Source: Patescibacteria group bacterium | Lineage (GTDB): Bacteria; Patescibacteriota; Patescibacteriia; UBA1558; GWA2-36-10 | Direction of reading: 5' to 3' | Length of the DNA: 64,000 bases | Assembly: GCA_041662585.1 (NCBI GenBank) | Contig: JBAZSG010000005.1 | Span: forward strand, 68,181-132,180 | Shown: positions 9,293-19,011 of the stretch, piece after piece | Layout: each line of letters begins with the position of its first letter | How positions within the stretch are numbered: position 1 is the stretch's first letter | Notes under the pieces: model-generated | Databases searched by the model: none | Told to the model about the DNA's origin: nothing | The model's input: only the letters and a program-made list of their open reading frames with translations | Program-made: the position numbers and the translations under genes

Positions 9293-12136
9293 ATGGATAT
9301 TATTAATTTAGTAATAGCTATTGTTCTATTATCAAACGCCCTGTTAGGTTTTTTTATATATAAAAATAATAGTAGGGCACTTGTTAATAGAAGTTATATT
9401 TTTGTTATTATAACCATATTATTTTGGGGAGTAGGCATGATATTTTATCGCATGGTTGATCAAGAATATGTGACACTATGGTGTAAGTTATTATACACAT
9501 TTGCAACATTTACTACTCCAACTTTTTTAATTTTTTCTTTTATATTTCCAAAAGGGAAATTACCATCAAAAAAAGAGATATTTATAATGGTGATATTTTT
9601 TATTGTTATAAATTATCTAATTTTATTTTCAGATGCTATTATTAGTAGTGCGGAAATTCCTAAACAAGGAGAAAATATTATTCATTTTGGTAATATTTAT
9701 TATTTGTATGTTCTTTATTTTTTTTCACACTTTTTTTATGCTTTTGCTAAGTTATTTTTTAAAATGCGAAAATCTAATGGTGTGCAAAAAGTACAAATTA
9801 AGTATGTTTTTTTAGGTTATTTTATAGCTACAAATTTAGCATTTGCAACAAACTTGACATTACCTTGGGCTGGAATTTTTGTGTATAATTGGGCAGGTCA
9901 AGTTTTAACTATTATCATGGTAGGTTTTACCACTTATGCTATAATAAAATACCGTTTAATGAATATACGACTTATTATCACGCGTAGTATTTTATATGCC
10001 GTATTAGTAGGTGCAGTAGCAGCTTTTTTTGCCCTATCTGTAATAGTAGTCGGTGAATTGATTGGTGGTAATACTAGAAGTAGTAAAATAATTACTTATA
10101 TTGCTACATCATTTATAGTGGTGATATTTTTGGAACCAGTCAAAAGAACTTGGGCCAAACTAACTGATAATATTTTTTATAAAGACAAGGTTGATTATCA
10201 GGAAGTATTGCGTCAAGTAGGTAATGTAGTAGCAAGGGAGATTGATTTATATAAATTATTAAAAGGCACTAGCCAATTATTAGCAGAAAAATTAAAAATC
10301 AAACAAATATCGTCTTTCGTACCAAATACTCAGGGGGAATTTCATCTTTTGGCCAGCTCAGTCAAAAAAGAGCTTGATATAGTTTTAGTCAATGATGTAG
10401 TAAATTATTTGCAAACTAATAAGAGGATTTTAATTGTTGAGGAGTTAATTAGAGATTTGGGTGGGCTAGATGAAAAATTTGAAAAGTATAAGATTTTAGA
10501 TAATTTTGTTAGTAGCGCAGAAAAGCAAAGAATAGAAATGGTAGTGCCGATAGTAGAATCAGATAATTTGACAGCTATATTGATTTTTGATGCTAAACAA
10601 TCAGGTGATCTTTATGCACAGGATGATATAAATTTTTTGGAGTTACTGAGTCCACAGATTGCCACAGCTATTGAAAAATCTAAGCTTTATGAAGAAGTAG
10701 AAGAACTTAATAAAGAATTGCAGAAAAAGGTAGAAGATAGGACCAAGAGTCTCAAAGAGGCCAATATTGCTCTAGAAGATAGAAACAAGTTTTTGACTAC
10801 TATTCAGGTCGTGACCAATAATATTACTCGTACTCTTAACTTGAAAAAGGTCAACCAAATGATTGCTGATAGTATAGCTAGTGAAGTGGGTTATATCGGC
10901 GGTATGCTTAGTTTTGTTGATTCTAGCGGTAAGTATTTAAAAGTAGGAGCTATTACCAACAATGAACAATCTAGAAAAGCTTTTCATATTTTATCTAAAG
11001 AGCCTAGAGATTATGCCACAAAAATAGAAATTGATTACAACTTAGGAGCTCAGACTTTTTTGACCGGCAAGATAAATTTTTCTGACAAGCTGTCCGATTT
11101 CCTTTGTCCGCCAGTTGATAAAAAGGAAATAGAGGAGATTCAGCAGATATTGGGTATAAAAACCATAGTGGGTATACCGGTATTTTCAGAGGCCAAAATT
11201 ATCGGCGTGATTCATTTTTATTTGGCAGTTAAGCGAGAAAAAATATCTTCTCTAGATATAGAGATTATGACAGCTTTGGCCAACCAAGTTGGTATAGTGT
11301 TTCGTAACCTAAAATTATACAATACTTTGCAGGGTGCCAATGCTGAACTTCAAGATGCCAATACCAAACTTAGAGAATTGGATAAAGCCAAATCAGAGTT
11401 TTTGTCAATTGCGTCACACCAATTGCGTACACCAATTTCAGCTATCAAAGGTTATCTTTCTATGATTATTGATGGTGATTTTGGTAAAATACCCAAAAGC
11501 ATTGATGAGGTAATTAGAAATATATTTGAAAGCTCAGCTCGTTTGGCTAGGCTTATAAATATTTTCTTAAATGTCAGTCGTATTGAGTCTGGTAGATTAA
11601 AATTGGATAAAAGACCAATTCAGATAAATGATTTGATAAAAGGGGTTATTGTTGAGCTTATCAATCAAGCCAAACAAAAAGGATTGAAACTGGAATATAA
11701 GAAAAAGAAACAAGATCCACCACTTATTTTTGCTGATGCTGATAAACTGAGAGAAGTAGTGCTTAATTTGATAGACAACGCTATCAAATATACCCCAGAA
11801 GGCTCTATTATCGTGACAGTAGATTCAGATGATAAGGAATTAAATTTTAGAGTAAAAGATACTGGTATTGGTATTAAAAAAGAAGAGGCCAAATCATTGT
11901 TTAGAAAATTTGTCAGAGGCTCTGGTGTAGCTCAAATTCATACTGGAGGCTCTGGATTGGGATTGTTTATTGCTCAAAAGATTATCAAAGAACATGATGG
12001 TATGGTATGGGCTGAGAGCGAAGGTAGTGGCAAAGGGTCTTTGTTTCAATTTACTATTCCTGTTTATAAAAAGCATGATGTGCCAGCTTATAAAGAAGAA
12101 GCAAAAGAAGGTATGTCTTCTGACTTGTCCTCATAA
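9293..12136 (+). CDS. Sensor histidine kinase: 7TM + 2 GAF + HisKA + HATPase
   Basis: SHQLRTP H-box, NLIDNAIKYT, DTGIG, GSGLGL. Confidence 0.92.
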   Translation: MDIINLVIAIVLLSNALLGFFIYKNNSRALVNRSYIFVIITILFWGVGMIFYRMVDQEYVTLWCKLLYTFATFTTPTFLIFSFIFPKGKLPSKKEIFIMVIFFIVINYLILFSDAIISSAEIPKQGENIIHFGNIYYLYVLYFFSHFFYAFAKLFFKMRKSNGVQKVQIKYVFLGYFIATNLAFATNLTLPWAGIFVYNWAGQVLTIIMVGFTTYAIIKYRLMNIRLIITRSILYAVLVGAVAAFFALSVIVVGELIGGNTRSSKIITYIATSFIVVIFLEPVKRTWAKLTDNIFYKDKVDYQEVLRQVGNVVAREIDLYKLLKGTSQLLAEKLKIKQISSFVPNTQGEFHLLASSVKKELDIVLVNDVVNYLQTNKRILIVEELIRDLGGLDEKFEKYKILDNFVSSAEKQRIEMVVPIVESDNLTAILIFDAKQSGDLYAQDDINFLELLSPQIATAIEKSKLYEEVEELNKELQKKVEDRTKSLKEANIALEDRNKFLTTIQVVTNNITRTLNLKKVNQMIADSIASEVGYIGGMLSFVDSSGKYLKVGAITNNEQSRKAFHILSKEPRDYATKIEIDYNLGAQTFLTGKINFSDKLSDFLCPPVDKKEIEEIQQILGIKTIVGIPVFSEAKIIGVIHFYLAVKREKISSLDIEIMTALANQVGIVFRNLKLYNTLQGANAELQDANTKLRELDKAKSEFLSIASHQLRTPISAIKGYLSMIIDGDFGKIPKSIDEVIRNIFESSARLARLINIFLNVSRIESGRLKLDKRPIQINDLIKGVIVELINQAKQKGLKLEYKKKKQDPPLIFADADKLREVVLNLIDNAIKYTPEGSIIVTVDSDDKELNFRVKDTGIGIKKEEAKSLFRKFVRGSGVAQIHTGGSGLGLFIAQKIIKEHDGMVWAESEGSGKGSLFQFTIPVYKKHDVPAYKEEAKEGMSSDLSS

Positions 12137-12143
12137 AAAAATT

Positions 12144-12188
12144 AAAAAATCGCTCACAATAGCTTTTGGCTTGGGTGAGCGATTTTTT
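12144..12188. terminator. Bidirectional terminator
   Basis: aaaaaatcgctcac...gtgagcgatttttt. Confidence 0.75.
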
Positions 12189-12207
12189 ATATTTTCCCTA
12201 GGAAAAA

Positions 12208-12324
12208 TTAGTGTTGCGCGATAGCCTTTATCACGCATAGCAGTAAGAGCAATCCCAGTTTGGATATGCTCCACCATATGGCAAATTTGCCAATGGTATC
12301 ATGAACATCATGTTTATTTTTCAA
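12208..12324 (-). CDS. 38-aa single-TM microprotein (MKNKHDVHDTIGKFAIWWSISKLGLLLLLCVIKAIAQH)
   Basis: AGGAGG 5 nt before TTG start, upstream promoter, downstream terminator. Confidence 0.55.
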   Translation of the reverse strand: MKNKHDVHDTIGKFAIWWSISKLGLLLLLCVIKAIAQH

Positions 12325-12395
12325 AAATTCCTCCTAGAATATATATGAGTGAGTTTATTTACAACGTTGTAAAAAAGAACATAATACAGATTTTC

Positions 12396-12424
12396 AGTAT
12401 ATCATCATATCATAAAGCAGTCAA
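12396..12424 (-). promoter_or_regulatory. Sigma70 promoter for the 38-aa ORF
   Basis: TTGACT-N17-TATACT on minus strand. Confidence 0.65.
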
Positions 12425-12500
12425 TGGTTTTTTTTAAATCACTATTTCCAAAAATCATATAAAAATGTTATAATACTCATACACTTTTAATAAAAATAAT

Positions 12501-12911
12501 AAATTTTTAACGGGATGAAAAAGGAATATATAAGCATTTTTTTATTAATAATTGCCATACTTTTAGGCATTATTTTTTATTTTAACTCTCGACCAGTAGA
12601 AAATAAAAATATTTTGCAATATACAGTTGGCTGTGCTTCTGACAAGATAGATGCTTCAGTTTATAGTCTGGAGGGCAATACTAGTCGTATAGGGGCTTTG
12701 ATTAGTTTTAATGATGTACCTATTAGTGAAGAAACTAGAGCTGAGTTGACCAAACTAGGCGTGATTTTATCAGAAGATTCTTGGATATTTGATTATGCTT
12801 TGGCTGAGATTCCTACTGAGTCTCTTTGTGCTTTGGCTGACTATGACTTTGTCCAAAGTGTCTTTATACCAAAGACCAATTAATTTTATTAAAATTTTTA
12901 ACGGGATGAAA
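12501..12911 (+). repeat. 20-bp exact direct repeat (12501-12520, 12892-12911) spanning two start codons
   Basis: aaatttttaacgggATGaaa occurs twice. Confidence 0.85.
12515..12883 (+). CDS. Membrane-anchored hypothetical protein, weakly subtilase-prodomain-like
   Basis: N-terminal TM helix, small alpha/beta domain. Confidence 0.55.
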   Translation: MKKEYISIFLLIIAILLGIIFYFNSRPVENKNILQYTVGCASDKIDASVYSLEGNTSRIGALISFNDVPISEETRAELTKLGVILSEDSWIFDYALAEIPTESLCALADYDFVQSVFIPKTN

Positions 12912-14066
12912 TTAAGAACTATTGATCAAATAAAAAATTTAAAAGGTAAAAGAGTGTTACTTCGTTTAGAATTAAATATTCCTTTTGCTGATGGCAAAGT
13001 TGATAAAGAAGATTCTAGACGTTTAGAAAAGTCTCTTCCGACTATTAAATACCTAGTGTCTAAAAAAGCTAAAGTTATTATAGTAGCTCATTTAGGTAGG
13101 CCTGATGGAAAAGTAGTACCTAGCTTGTCTATGCTGTCAGTATCAACGTATTTATCTAAGTTGATAAAGAAAAATATTGAATTCTGGGCTAATGATTTTA
13201 GAGATTATATAGATGATAGTTTAGCTATGAAAGAATCTAGTATTGCTATGATAGAAAATATTCGCTTTGAGCCTGGTGAGAAAAAAGATAGTAGCAAATT
13301 AGCTAAGGATCTTAGCAAGTTAGCAGATATTTATGTAGATGATGCTTTTGGCAATATTCATAGACAAGATGCCTCTATGCATGCTATTTGTGACTTTTTA
13401 CCTTCTTATGCTGGGTTATTAGTAGCTGATGAAGTAAAACAATTGTCTAGTACGTATAAAAAAACCAATGGCTTAGTATATATATTTGGAGGAGTTAAAG
13501 TAGAAACTAAGCTTAAGTTAGTGGAGAAAGTGATGCATAAGGCAGAAGCCATCTTAACTGGTGGTCCTTTAGCTTCTACATTACTTAAAGCAGCTGGGTA
13601 TAATGTTGGTCAGTCTTTAGTAGATGATAAATATATAAAATTAGGTAAGAAGTTGTTAGGTAAAAAAGTTTTAATTCCAGTAGATGTACATACGGCTAGT
13701 AGTTTACAAGCTAAGAAATATAAAGTATTAACAGTAGATAATATTTCTAGCAATAGTCGTATTTTAGATATAGGTCCACAAACTTTAATGGAATACAAGA
13801 GAATATTAAAGAAGTCTAAGTTGGTTGTTTGGAATGGTCCTTTGGGTTATTTTGAAAACCGTCAGTTTGTCTATGGCTCTCGGGAAATAATGAAGTATTT
13901 GGCTAGTTTAAAAATAGACGTTATCTTAGGTGGAGGAGAGACAGCGGAATTAGCTGAGGAATTAGGACTAGATAAAAAATTTAAATTCATATCTACCGGT
14001 GGTGGTGCTATGCTGACATTTTTAGGTGGAGCTAAAATGCCATCTTTGGAAAGACTTAAAAAATAA
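12906..14066 (+). CDS. pgk: Phosphoglycerate kinase (start moved to MKLRTI)
   Basis: GKRVLLR, AHLGRP, ENIRF, DAFG, WNGPLG, STGGGA. Confidence 0.9.
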   Translation: MKLRTIDQIKNLKGKRVLLRLELNIPFADGKVDKEDSRRLEKSLPTIKYLVSKKAKVIIVAHLGRPDGKVVPSLSMLSVSTYLSKLIKKNIEFWANDFRDYIDDSLAMKESSIAMIENIRFEPGEKKDSSKLAKDLSKLADIYVDDAFGNIHRQDASMHAICDFLPSYAGLLVADEVKQLSSTYKKTNGLVYIFGGVKVETKLKLVEKVMHKAEAILTGGPLASTLLKAAGYNVGQSLVDDKYIKLGKKLLGKKVLIPVDVHTASSLQAKKYKVLTVDNISSNSRILDIGPQTLMEYKRILKKSKLVVWNGPLGYFENRQFVYGSREIMKYLASLKIDVILGGGETAELAEELGLDKKFKFISTGGGAMLTFLGGAKMPSLERLKK

Positions 14067-14067
14067 T

Positions 14068-15339
14068 ATGCCTGACAAGATTAAAAAAATTACAGCTATA
14101 GAAATACTAGATTCACGTGGTAATCCTACTTTGGAAACCACAGTAGAATTAAACAATGGCATATCAGCTAGTGCAGCTGTGCCATCAGGAGCATCAACTG
14201 GGCGTTTTGAAGCTCATGAGCTCAGAGACGGTGATAAAAGTAGATACAATGGCAAAGGTGTGCTCAAAGCTATTGCTAATGTCAATGATATTTTGGATAA
14301 AGCCTTAAAAGGCATATCAGTCAGTCAACAGGCCAAGATTGACAACTTGATGATCAAGCTTGATGGCAGTAAAAATAAGAGCAATTTAGGAGCCAACGCT
14401 ATCTTATCTGTTTCTTTGGCTGTAGCTCATGCTGCTGCCAATTATCACAAAAAAGAGCTATATGAATATTTGCGTTCTTTGTATGATCCAAAATTGACTG
14501 ATTACAAATTGCCTACGCCAGTAGTCAATGTGATAAATGGTGGAGCGCATGCTTCGACCAATATAAATATTCAAGAATTTTGGTTGGTACCAGAAAAGGC
14601 AGGTCTTTTTTCTGAAAAACTTCGCCAAGCTAGTGAAATATTTCATGTTTTGGGAGAGCATTTAGAAGCAGCTGGCTATGATACAGACCTTGGCAATGAA
14701 GGTGGCTATGCTCCAAATGTAAAATCACACAAACAAGTATTTGAATTTATAATACAAGCTATTGAAGCTAGTGGTTACAGAGCAGGGGAAGATATATTTT
14801 TGGGTATTGATGCGGGAGCTTCAGAGTTTTATGATGACAAACAAAAAGTATATCAGCTAAAGTTGGAAGCCAAAGATTTTTCCGGAGAAGATTTGATAGA
14901 TTTTTATTTTGATTTGATGGAAATGTATCCATTGACCTTGATTGAAGACCCATTGGATCAAGAAGCTTGGGAAGATTGGGCTGATATTACTAAAGATCAA
15001 TTTATCAAAACAAATAATATCAAAATTATTGGAGATGATCTTTTTGTGACCAATATAACTAGATTAAAAAAAGGTGTAGAGCTAGGTGTAGCCAACAGTA
15101 TTTTGATAAAATTTAATCAAATAGGTACACTGACCGAAACACTGGAGACCATCCGCTATGCTAGAGAGCACAATTACAAAGTAATTGTTTCTCATAGAAG
15201 TGGAGAGACTTCAGATACCACTATTGCGGATTTGTCAGTAGCGGTCAATGCTGATTATATCAAGACTGGTTCCACAGCTCGAGGTGAGCGAATTGCCAAA
15301 TACAATAGACTATTAAAAATAGAACGAAAGTTAAAATAA
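14068..15339 (+). CDS. eno: Enolase (start MPDKIK)
   Basis: ILDSRGNPT, VPSGASTG, SHRSGET. Confidence 0.97.
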   Translation: MPDKIKKITAIEILDSRGNPTLETTVELNNGISASAAVPSGASTGRFEAHELRDGDKSRYNGKGVLKAIANVNDILDKALKGISVSQQAKIDNLMIKLDGSKNKSNLGANAILSVSLAVAHAAANYHKKELYEYLRSLYDPKLTDYKLPTPVVNVINGGAHASTNINIQEFWLVPEKAGLFSEKLRQASEIFHVLGEHLEAAGYDTDLGNEGGYAPNVKSHKQVFEFIIQAIEASGYRAGEDIFLGIDAGASEFYDDKQKVYQLKLEAKDFSGEDLIDFYFDLMEMYPLTLIEDPLDQEAWEDWADITKDQFIKTNNIKIIGDDLFVTNITRLKKGVELGVANSILIKFNQIGTLTETLETIRYAREHNYKVIVSHRSGETSDTTIADLSVAVNADYIKTGSTARGERIAKYNRLLKIERKLK

Positions 15340-15342
15340 TAT

Positions 15343-16908
15343 ATGTCAAATATAAAAAAAACAAATTTACCACTGTTACTTTTGATACTAGATGGTTGGG
15401 GTATTTGGAACAAAAAGAAAGGCAATGCTATTGCCAAAGCTAAGACACCAGTCATAGATAGTCTTTACAAAAAATATCCCAATACATTATTACAAGCTTC
15501 ATCCAAAGATGTTGGCTTACCAAGTGGTCAACCAGGTAATTCAGAGGCTGGCCATATGAATATTGGTGCTGGACGAGTAGTAGAGCAAGACGCAGTGATA
15601 ATATCCAAAAGTATAAACAATGGCACCTTTTTTAAAAATCCAGCTTTTTTACAAGCGGCTCGACATGCTACAGAAAATAACTCAGATATACATTTGATGG
15701 GCTTGCTTTCAGATGGCTCTAGTCCTCATTCAGACAATGATCATCTTTTGGCTTTGCTTAGTTTTTTTATAAGTCGTACTAAACAAAATATTTATCTTCA
15801 TTTTTTTACTGATGGTCGTGATTCACCCCAGTTTGCTGCTCTAAAAGTACTTAGTCAATATGTTAGTATTTTTGATACCAATAGAGTAAAAGTTGCGACT
15901 ATTATGGGTCGTTTTTATGCTATGGATCGAAAAAAATCATGGACCAGGACAAAACTAGCTTTTGATGCTCTGGCCAGAGGAAAGGGTAATACAGCTACCA
16001 GCCCAGTAGAAGCTATCAATACGGCCTACAACAGAGGCGAGAGTGATGAGTTTATAAAACCTTGTGTTATAGTAGATGCCAAGAAAAAACCAATTGGACC
16101 CATAAAGACCAATGACTCTTTGATTTTTTTCAATCTTAGATCTGATAGAGCTAGGCAGTTGACCAAAGTTTTTGCTCAGAATGATTTTTTCAAAAAAAAC
16201 CAAAAGTCTTTTAAGTTGGGCAAAAAAATAGACAATTTATTATTTGTCGCTTTGACTGATTTTGGACCTGACTTGGAAAGAGTGCTGACAGCTTATCCGG
16301 GTATTGATATTGCTGATACTTTACCAATGACTTTAAAGGATTTGAGGCAATGTTATATTTCAGAAACAGAAAAGTATGCTCATGTTACATATTTTTTTAA
16401 CGGCGGTTATGATCATTCATTAGCAGGAGAGGATTGGATAAATATTCCCTCCAAAAATGTAGCTTCTTATGCCGAAGCACCAGAGATGAGTACCAATGAA
16501 ATCGCCAATCGGATAATTTTGGATCTCAAAAATGATAAATATGATTTTGTTTTAGCCAATTTCGCTGCACCAGATATGGTAGGGCACACTGGCGATTTAA
16601 AAGCTGGTATCAAAGCAGTAGAAGTCGTGGATAAGGCAGTAGGTGAACTAGTCAAAACTATTTTGGCCAAAGACGGCACAATTATTATTACTGCCGATCA
16701 TGGTAATGTAGAAGAAATGATCAATTTAAAAACAGATGAAATAGATACTGAGCATTCTACCAATCCAGTACCTTTTGTTATTGTAAATCATCATAATTTT
16801 AAATTAATAAAAAATGGTAAGTTGGCCAATATTGCTCCAACTGTTTTAGATATATTAAATATAAAAAAATCTCGGTTGATGACTGAGAAAAGCTTAATTA
16901 TCAAATAA
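15343..16908 (+). CDS. gpmI: 2,3-BPG-independent phosphoglycerate mutase, copy 1
   Basis: ILDGWG, GNSEAGH, DGRD, ETEKYAHVT, DMVGHTG, TADHGN. Confidence 0.95.
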   Translation: MSNIKKTNLPLLLLILDGWGIWNKKKGNAIAKAKTPVIDSLYKKYPNTLLQASSKDVGLPSGQPGNSEAGHMNIGAGRVVEQDAVIISKSINNGTFFKNPAFLQAARHATENNSDIHLMGLLSDGSSPHSDNDHLLALLSFFISRTKQNIYLHFFTDGRDSPQFAALKVLSQYVSIFDTNRVKVATIMGRFYAMDRKKSWTRTKLAFDALARGKGNTATSPVEAINTAYNRGESDEFIKPCVIVDAKKKPIGPIKTNDSLIFFNLRSDRARQLTKVFAQNDFFKKNQKSFKLGKKIDNLLFVALTDFGPDLERVLTAYPGIDIADTLPMTLKDLRQCYISETEKYAHVTYFFNGGYDHSLAGEDWINIPSKNVASYAEAPEMSTNEIANRIILDLKNDKYDFVLANFAAPDMVGHTGDLKAGIKAVEVVDKAVGELVKTILAKDGTIIITADHGNVEEMINLKTDEIDTEHSTNPVPFVIVNHHNFKLIKNGKLANIAPTVLDILNIKKSRLMTEKSLIIK

Positions 16909-16933
16909 ATATAAATATTGAATTAATTGAAAT

Positions 16934-18511
16934 ATGACAAGACCTCGCCCTGTAGCCCTCATAATATTAGATGGTTTTGGTATTGCTCCAGCTTCTAGAG
17001 CAAATGCTATTTCTTTGGCCAAAACACCAAATTTTGATAAATATTCTCAAAATTATCCCATAATGCCACTAGCTGCTAGTGGTGAAGCAGTTGGTCTTTC
17101 TTGGGGTGAAATGGGCAATTCTCAAGTAGGTCATCTTTCTTTGGGCTCAGGTGTTATTCCTTATCAAAATTTACCTCGTATTACCAAGGCTATTAATGAT
17201 GGAGAATTTTATAAAAACGAAACCTTTATCAAGGCTTGTGACATTGCCAAGCAAGGTGAGGCAGCTCTACACATTATTGGTTTGGTAAGCTCAGGAGGTA
17301 TTCATAGTTACAATGAGCATTTGTATGCTTTGATAGATTTGGCTCATCAGCAAAAAGTAGAAAGACTTTATATTCATGCTTTTTTAGATGGGCGTGATAC
17401 ACCTTACAATAGTGGTCTTAATTTTATTGCCAAATTGGAAGAAAAACTTAAACAAGTTGGTATCGGGACTATTGCCAGTTTAAGTGGTCGTTTTTGGGCC
17501 ATGGATAGAGATAATCGTTGGGATAGGATAGCCAAAGCTTGGCAAGCTATGGTTGATGGAGAATCTACAAACAAATTTAAAGATCCGCTCGTTGCTATAC
17601 AAAAATCTTATGATAAAAAAATCTACGATGAAGAATTTGAACCAACGGTTATATTAAATGATTTAGAAAAACCAAAAGGTAATATCAAAGATGGTGATAG
17701 TGTCATATTTTTTAATTTTAGATCAGATAGAGCTCGTCAGCTTACGCAAGCTTTTGTTTTACCTGGTTTTGAAAAATTCAAAAGACCATATTTTAAAAAA
17801 CTTTTTATGGTGACTATGATTGAATATGAAAAAGATTTGCCACTGACAGTAGCTTTTCCTCCCCTAAGTATAAATATGCCTTTAGCTAGGGTATTATCTG
17901 AAGCTGGTCTCAAACAATTACATATTGCCGAGACAGAAAAATATGCCCATGTTACTTATTTTTTTAATGGTGGTAACGAAACAATATACGAAGGGGAAGA
18001 TAGATTGCTGATACCTTCGCCTCAAGTGACTTCTTATGATCAAAAACCAGCTATGTCAGCTAGAGAAGTGACTTCAAAAATAAATCAAGCTGTCAAGGAG
18101 GGTAAATATGATTTTATTGTGGCCAATTATGCCAATCCAGATATGGTGGGGCACACTGGCAATATGCAGGCGACTATTGAGGCTATAGAGATATTGGATC
18201 AACTAGTTGGAGAGGTAGTAGATACTGTCTTATCTTATAATGGATTGGTATTAATTACAGCTGACCATGGTAATGCCGAAAAGCTTTATGATTTGCAAAG
18301 TGGAGAAATCAACAAGACGCATTCCAACAATCCAGTACCACTTTTTATTATTGGGGATGATTTTGTTGGCAAAAGCGTTTTGGCTGGTAATGTTGGTACG
18401 GATATTAGTCATGTAACACCGGTAGGAGTATTGGCTGATGTACCACCAACAATATTAAAAATTATGGGTATCAAAAAACCAGCCGAGATGACTGGTAGTT
18501 CATTGATTTAA
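16934..18511 (+). CDS. gpmI: 2,3-BPG-independent phosphoglycerate mutase, copy 2
   Basis: ILDGFG, GNSQVGH, DGRD, ETEKYAHVT, DMVGHTG, TADHGN. Confidence 0.95.
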   Translation: MTRPRPVALIILDGFGIAPASRANAISLAKTPNFDKYSQNYPIMPLAASGEAVGLSWGEMGNSQVGHLSLGSGVIPYQNLPRITKAINDGEFYKNETFIKACDIAKQGEAALHIIGLVSSGGIHSYNEHLYALIDLAHQQKVERLYIHAFLDGRDTPYNSGLNFIAKLEEKLKQVGIGTIASLSGRFWAMDRDNRWDRIAKAWQAMVDGESTNKFKDPLVAIQKSYDKKIYDEEFEPTVILNDLEKPKGNIKDGDSVIFFNFRSDRARQLTQAFVLPGFEKFKRPYFKKLFMVTMIEYEKDLPLTVAFPPLSINMPLARVLSEAGLKQLHIAETEKYAHVTYFFNGGNETIYEGEDRLLIPSPQVTSYDQKPAMSAREVTSKINQAVKEGKYDFIVANYANPDMVGHTGNMQATIEAIEILDQLVGEVVDTVLSYNGLVLITADHGNAEKLYDLQSGEINKTHSNNPVPLFIIGDDFVGKSVLAGNVGTDISHVTPVGVLADVPPTILKIMGIKKPAEMTGSSLI

Positions 18512-18515
18512 TGTT

Positions 18516-18950
18516 TTATATTAGTGTTATCAACAATAAATAAGTAGTAACTATAGAGACCAAGAAACCAGTTAATATTTCGGCATTGGTATGACCAAAG
18601 CGTTCATTTAAAACGGGGAATTTATAACCTTCTGTAGCAGGTAATTTTTTTATTAGATGATTGATAATAGCGGCTTGTTTGCCTATTTTTCGTCTGATGC
18701 CAGCGGCATCTTTTACTATGACAATAGCCATGATTAGCGATATAGCAAATTCTGGGGAGCTAAAACCCTGAAAATAAGCCATAGTAATAAGTAGCGAAGT
18801 AGCCAAGGCAGTATGAGATGAGGGCATACCACCGTAGGAAAATATTTGAGGCCAAGAAAATTCGCCTTTTACTGCTAAAACAAGCAATTTTATTATTTGA
18901 TTTATTACTAGAGCCAAAACAGGGATAAGGAAAAACTTGTATTCATGCAT
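18516..18950 (-). CDS. Divergent PAP2 family membrane protein (DUF212)
   Basis: GGMPSSH, DAAGIR, GHT. Confidence 0.85.
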   Translation of the reverse strand: MHEYKFFLIPVLALVINQIIKLLVLAVKGEFSWPQIFSYGGMPSSHTALATSLLITMAYFQGFSSPEFAISLIMAIVIVKDAAGIRRKIGKQAAIINHLIKKLPATEGYKFPVLNERFGHTNAEILTGFLVSIVTTYLLLITLI

Positions 18951-19011
18951 ATTTGATATTTTAAGTATATTATTATAGTCTTATTATAACAGAAAAATAA
19001 AGTAATTAAAA

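Noticed and set aside
12789-12905. Extended N-termini in the ORF track (pgk; also eno, ftsI, rplU, ybaB, P-type ATPase)
   Set aside because: They overlap upstream genes or promoters; family homology begins at downstream ATGs
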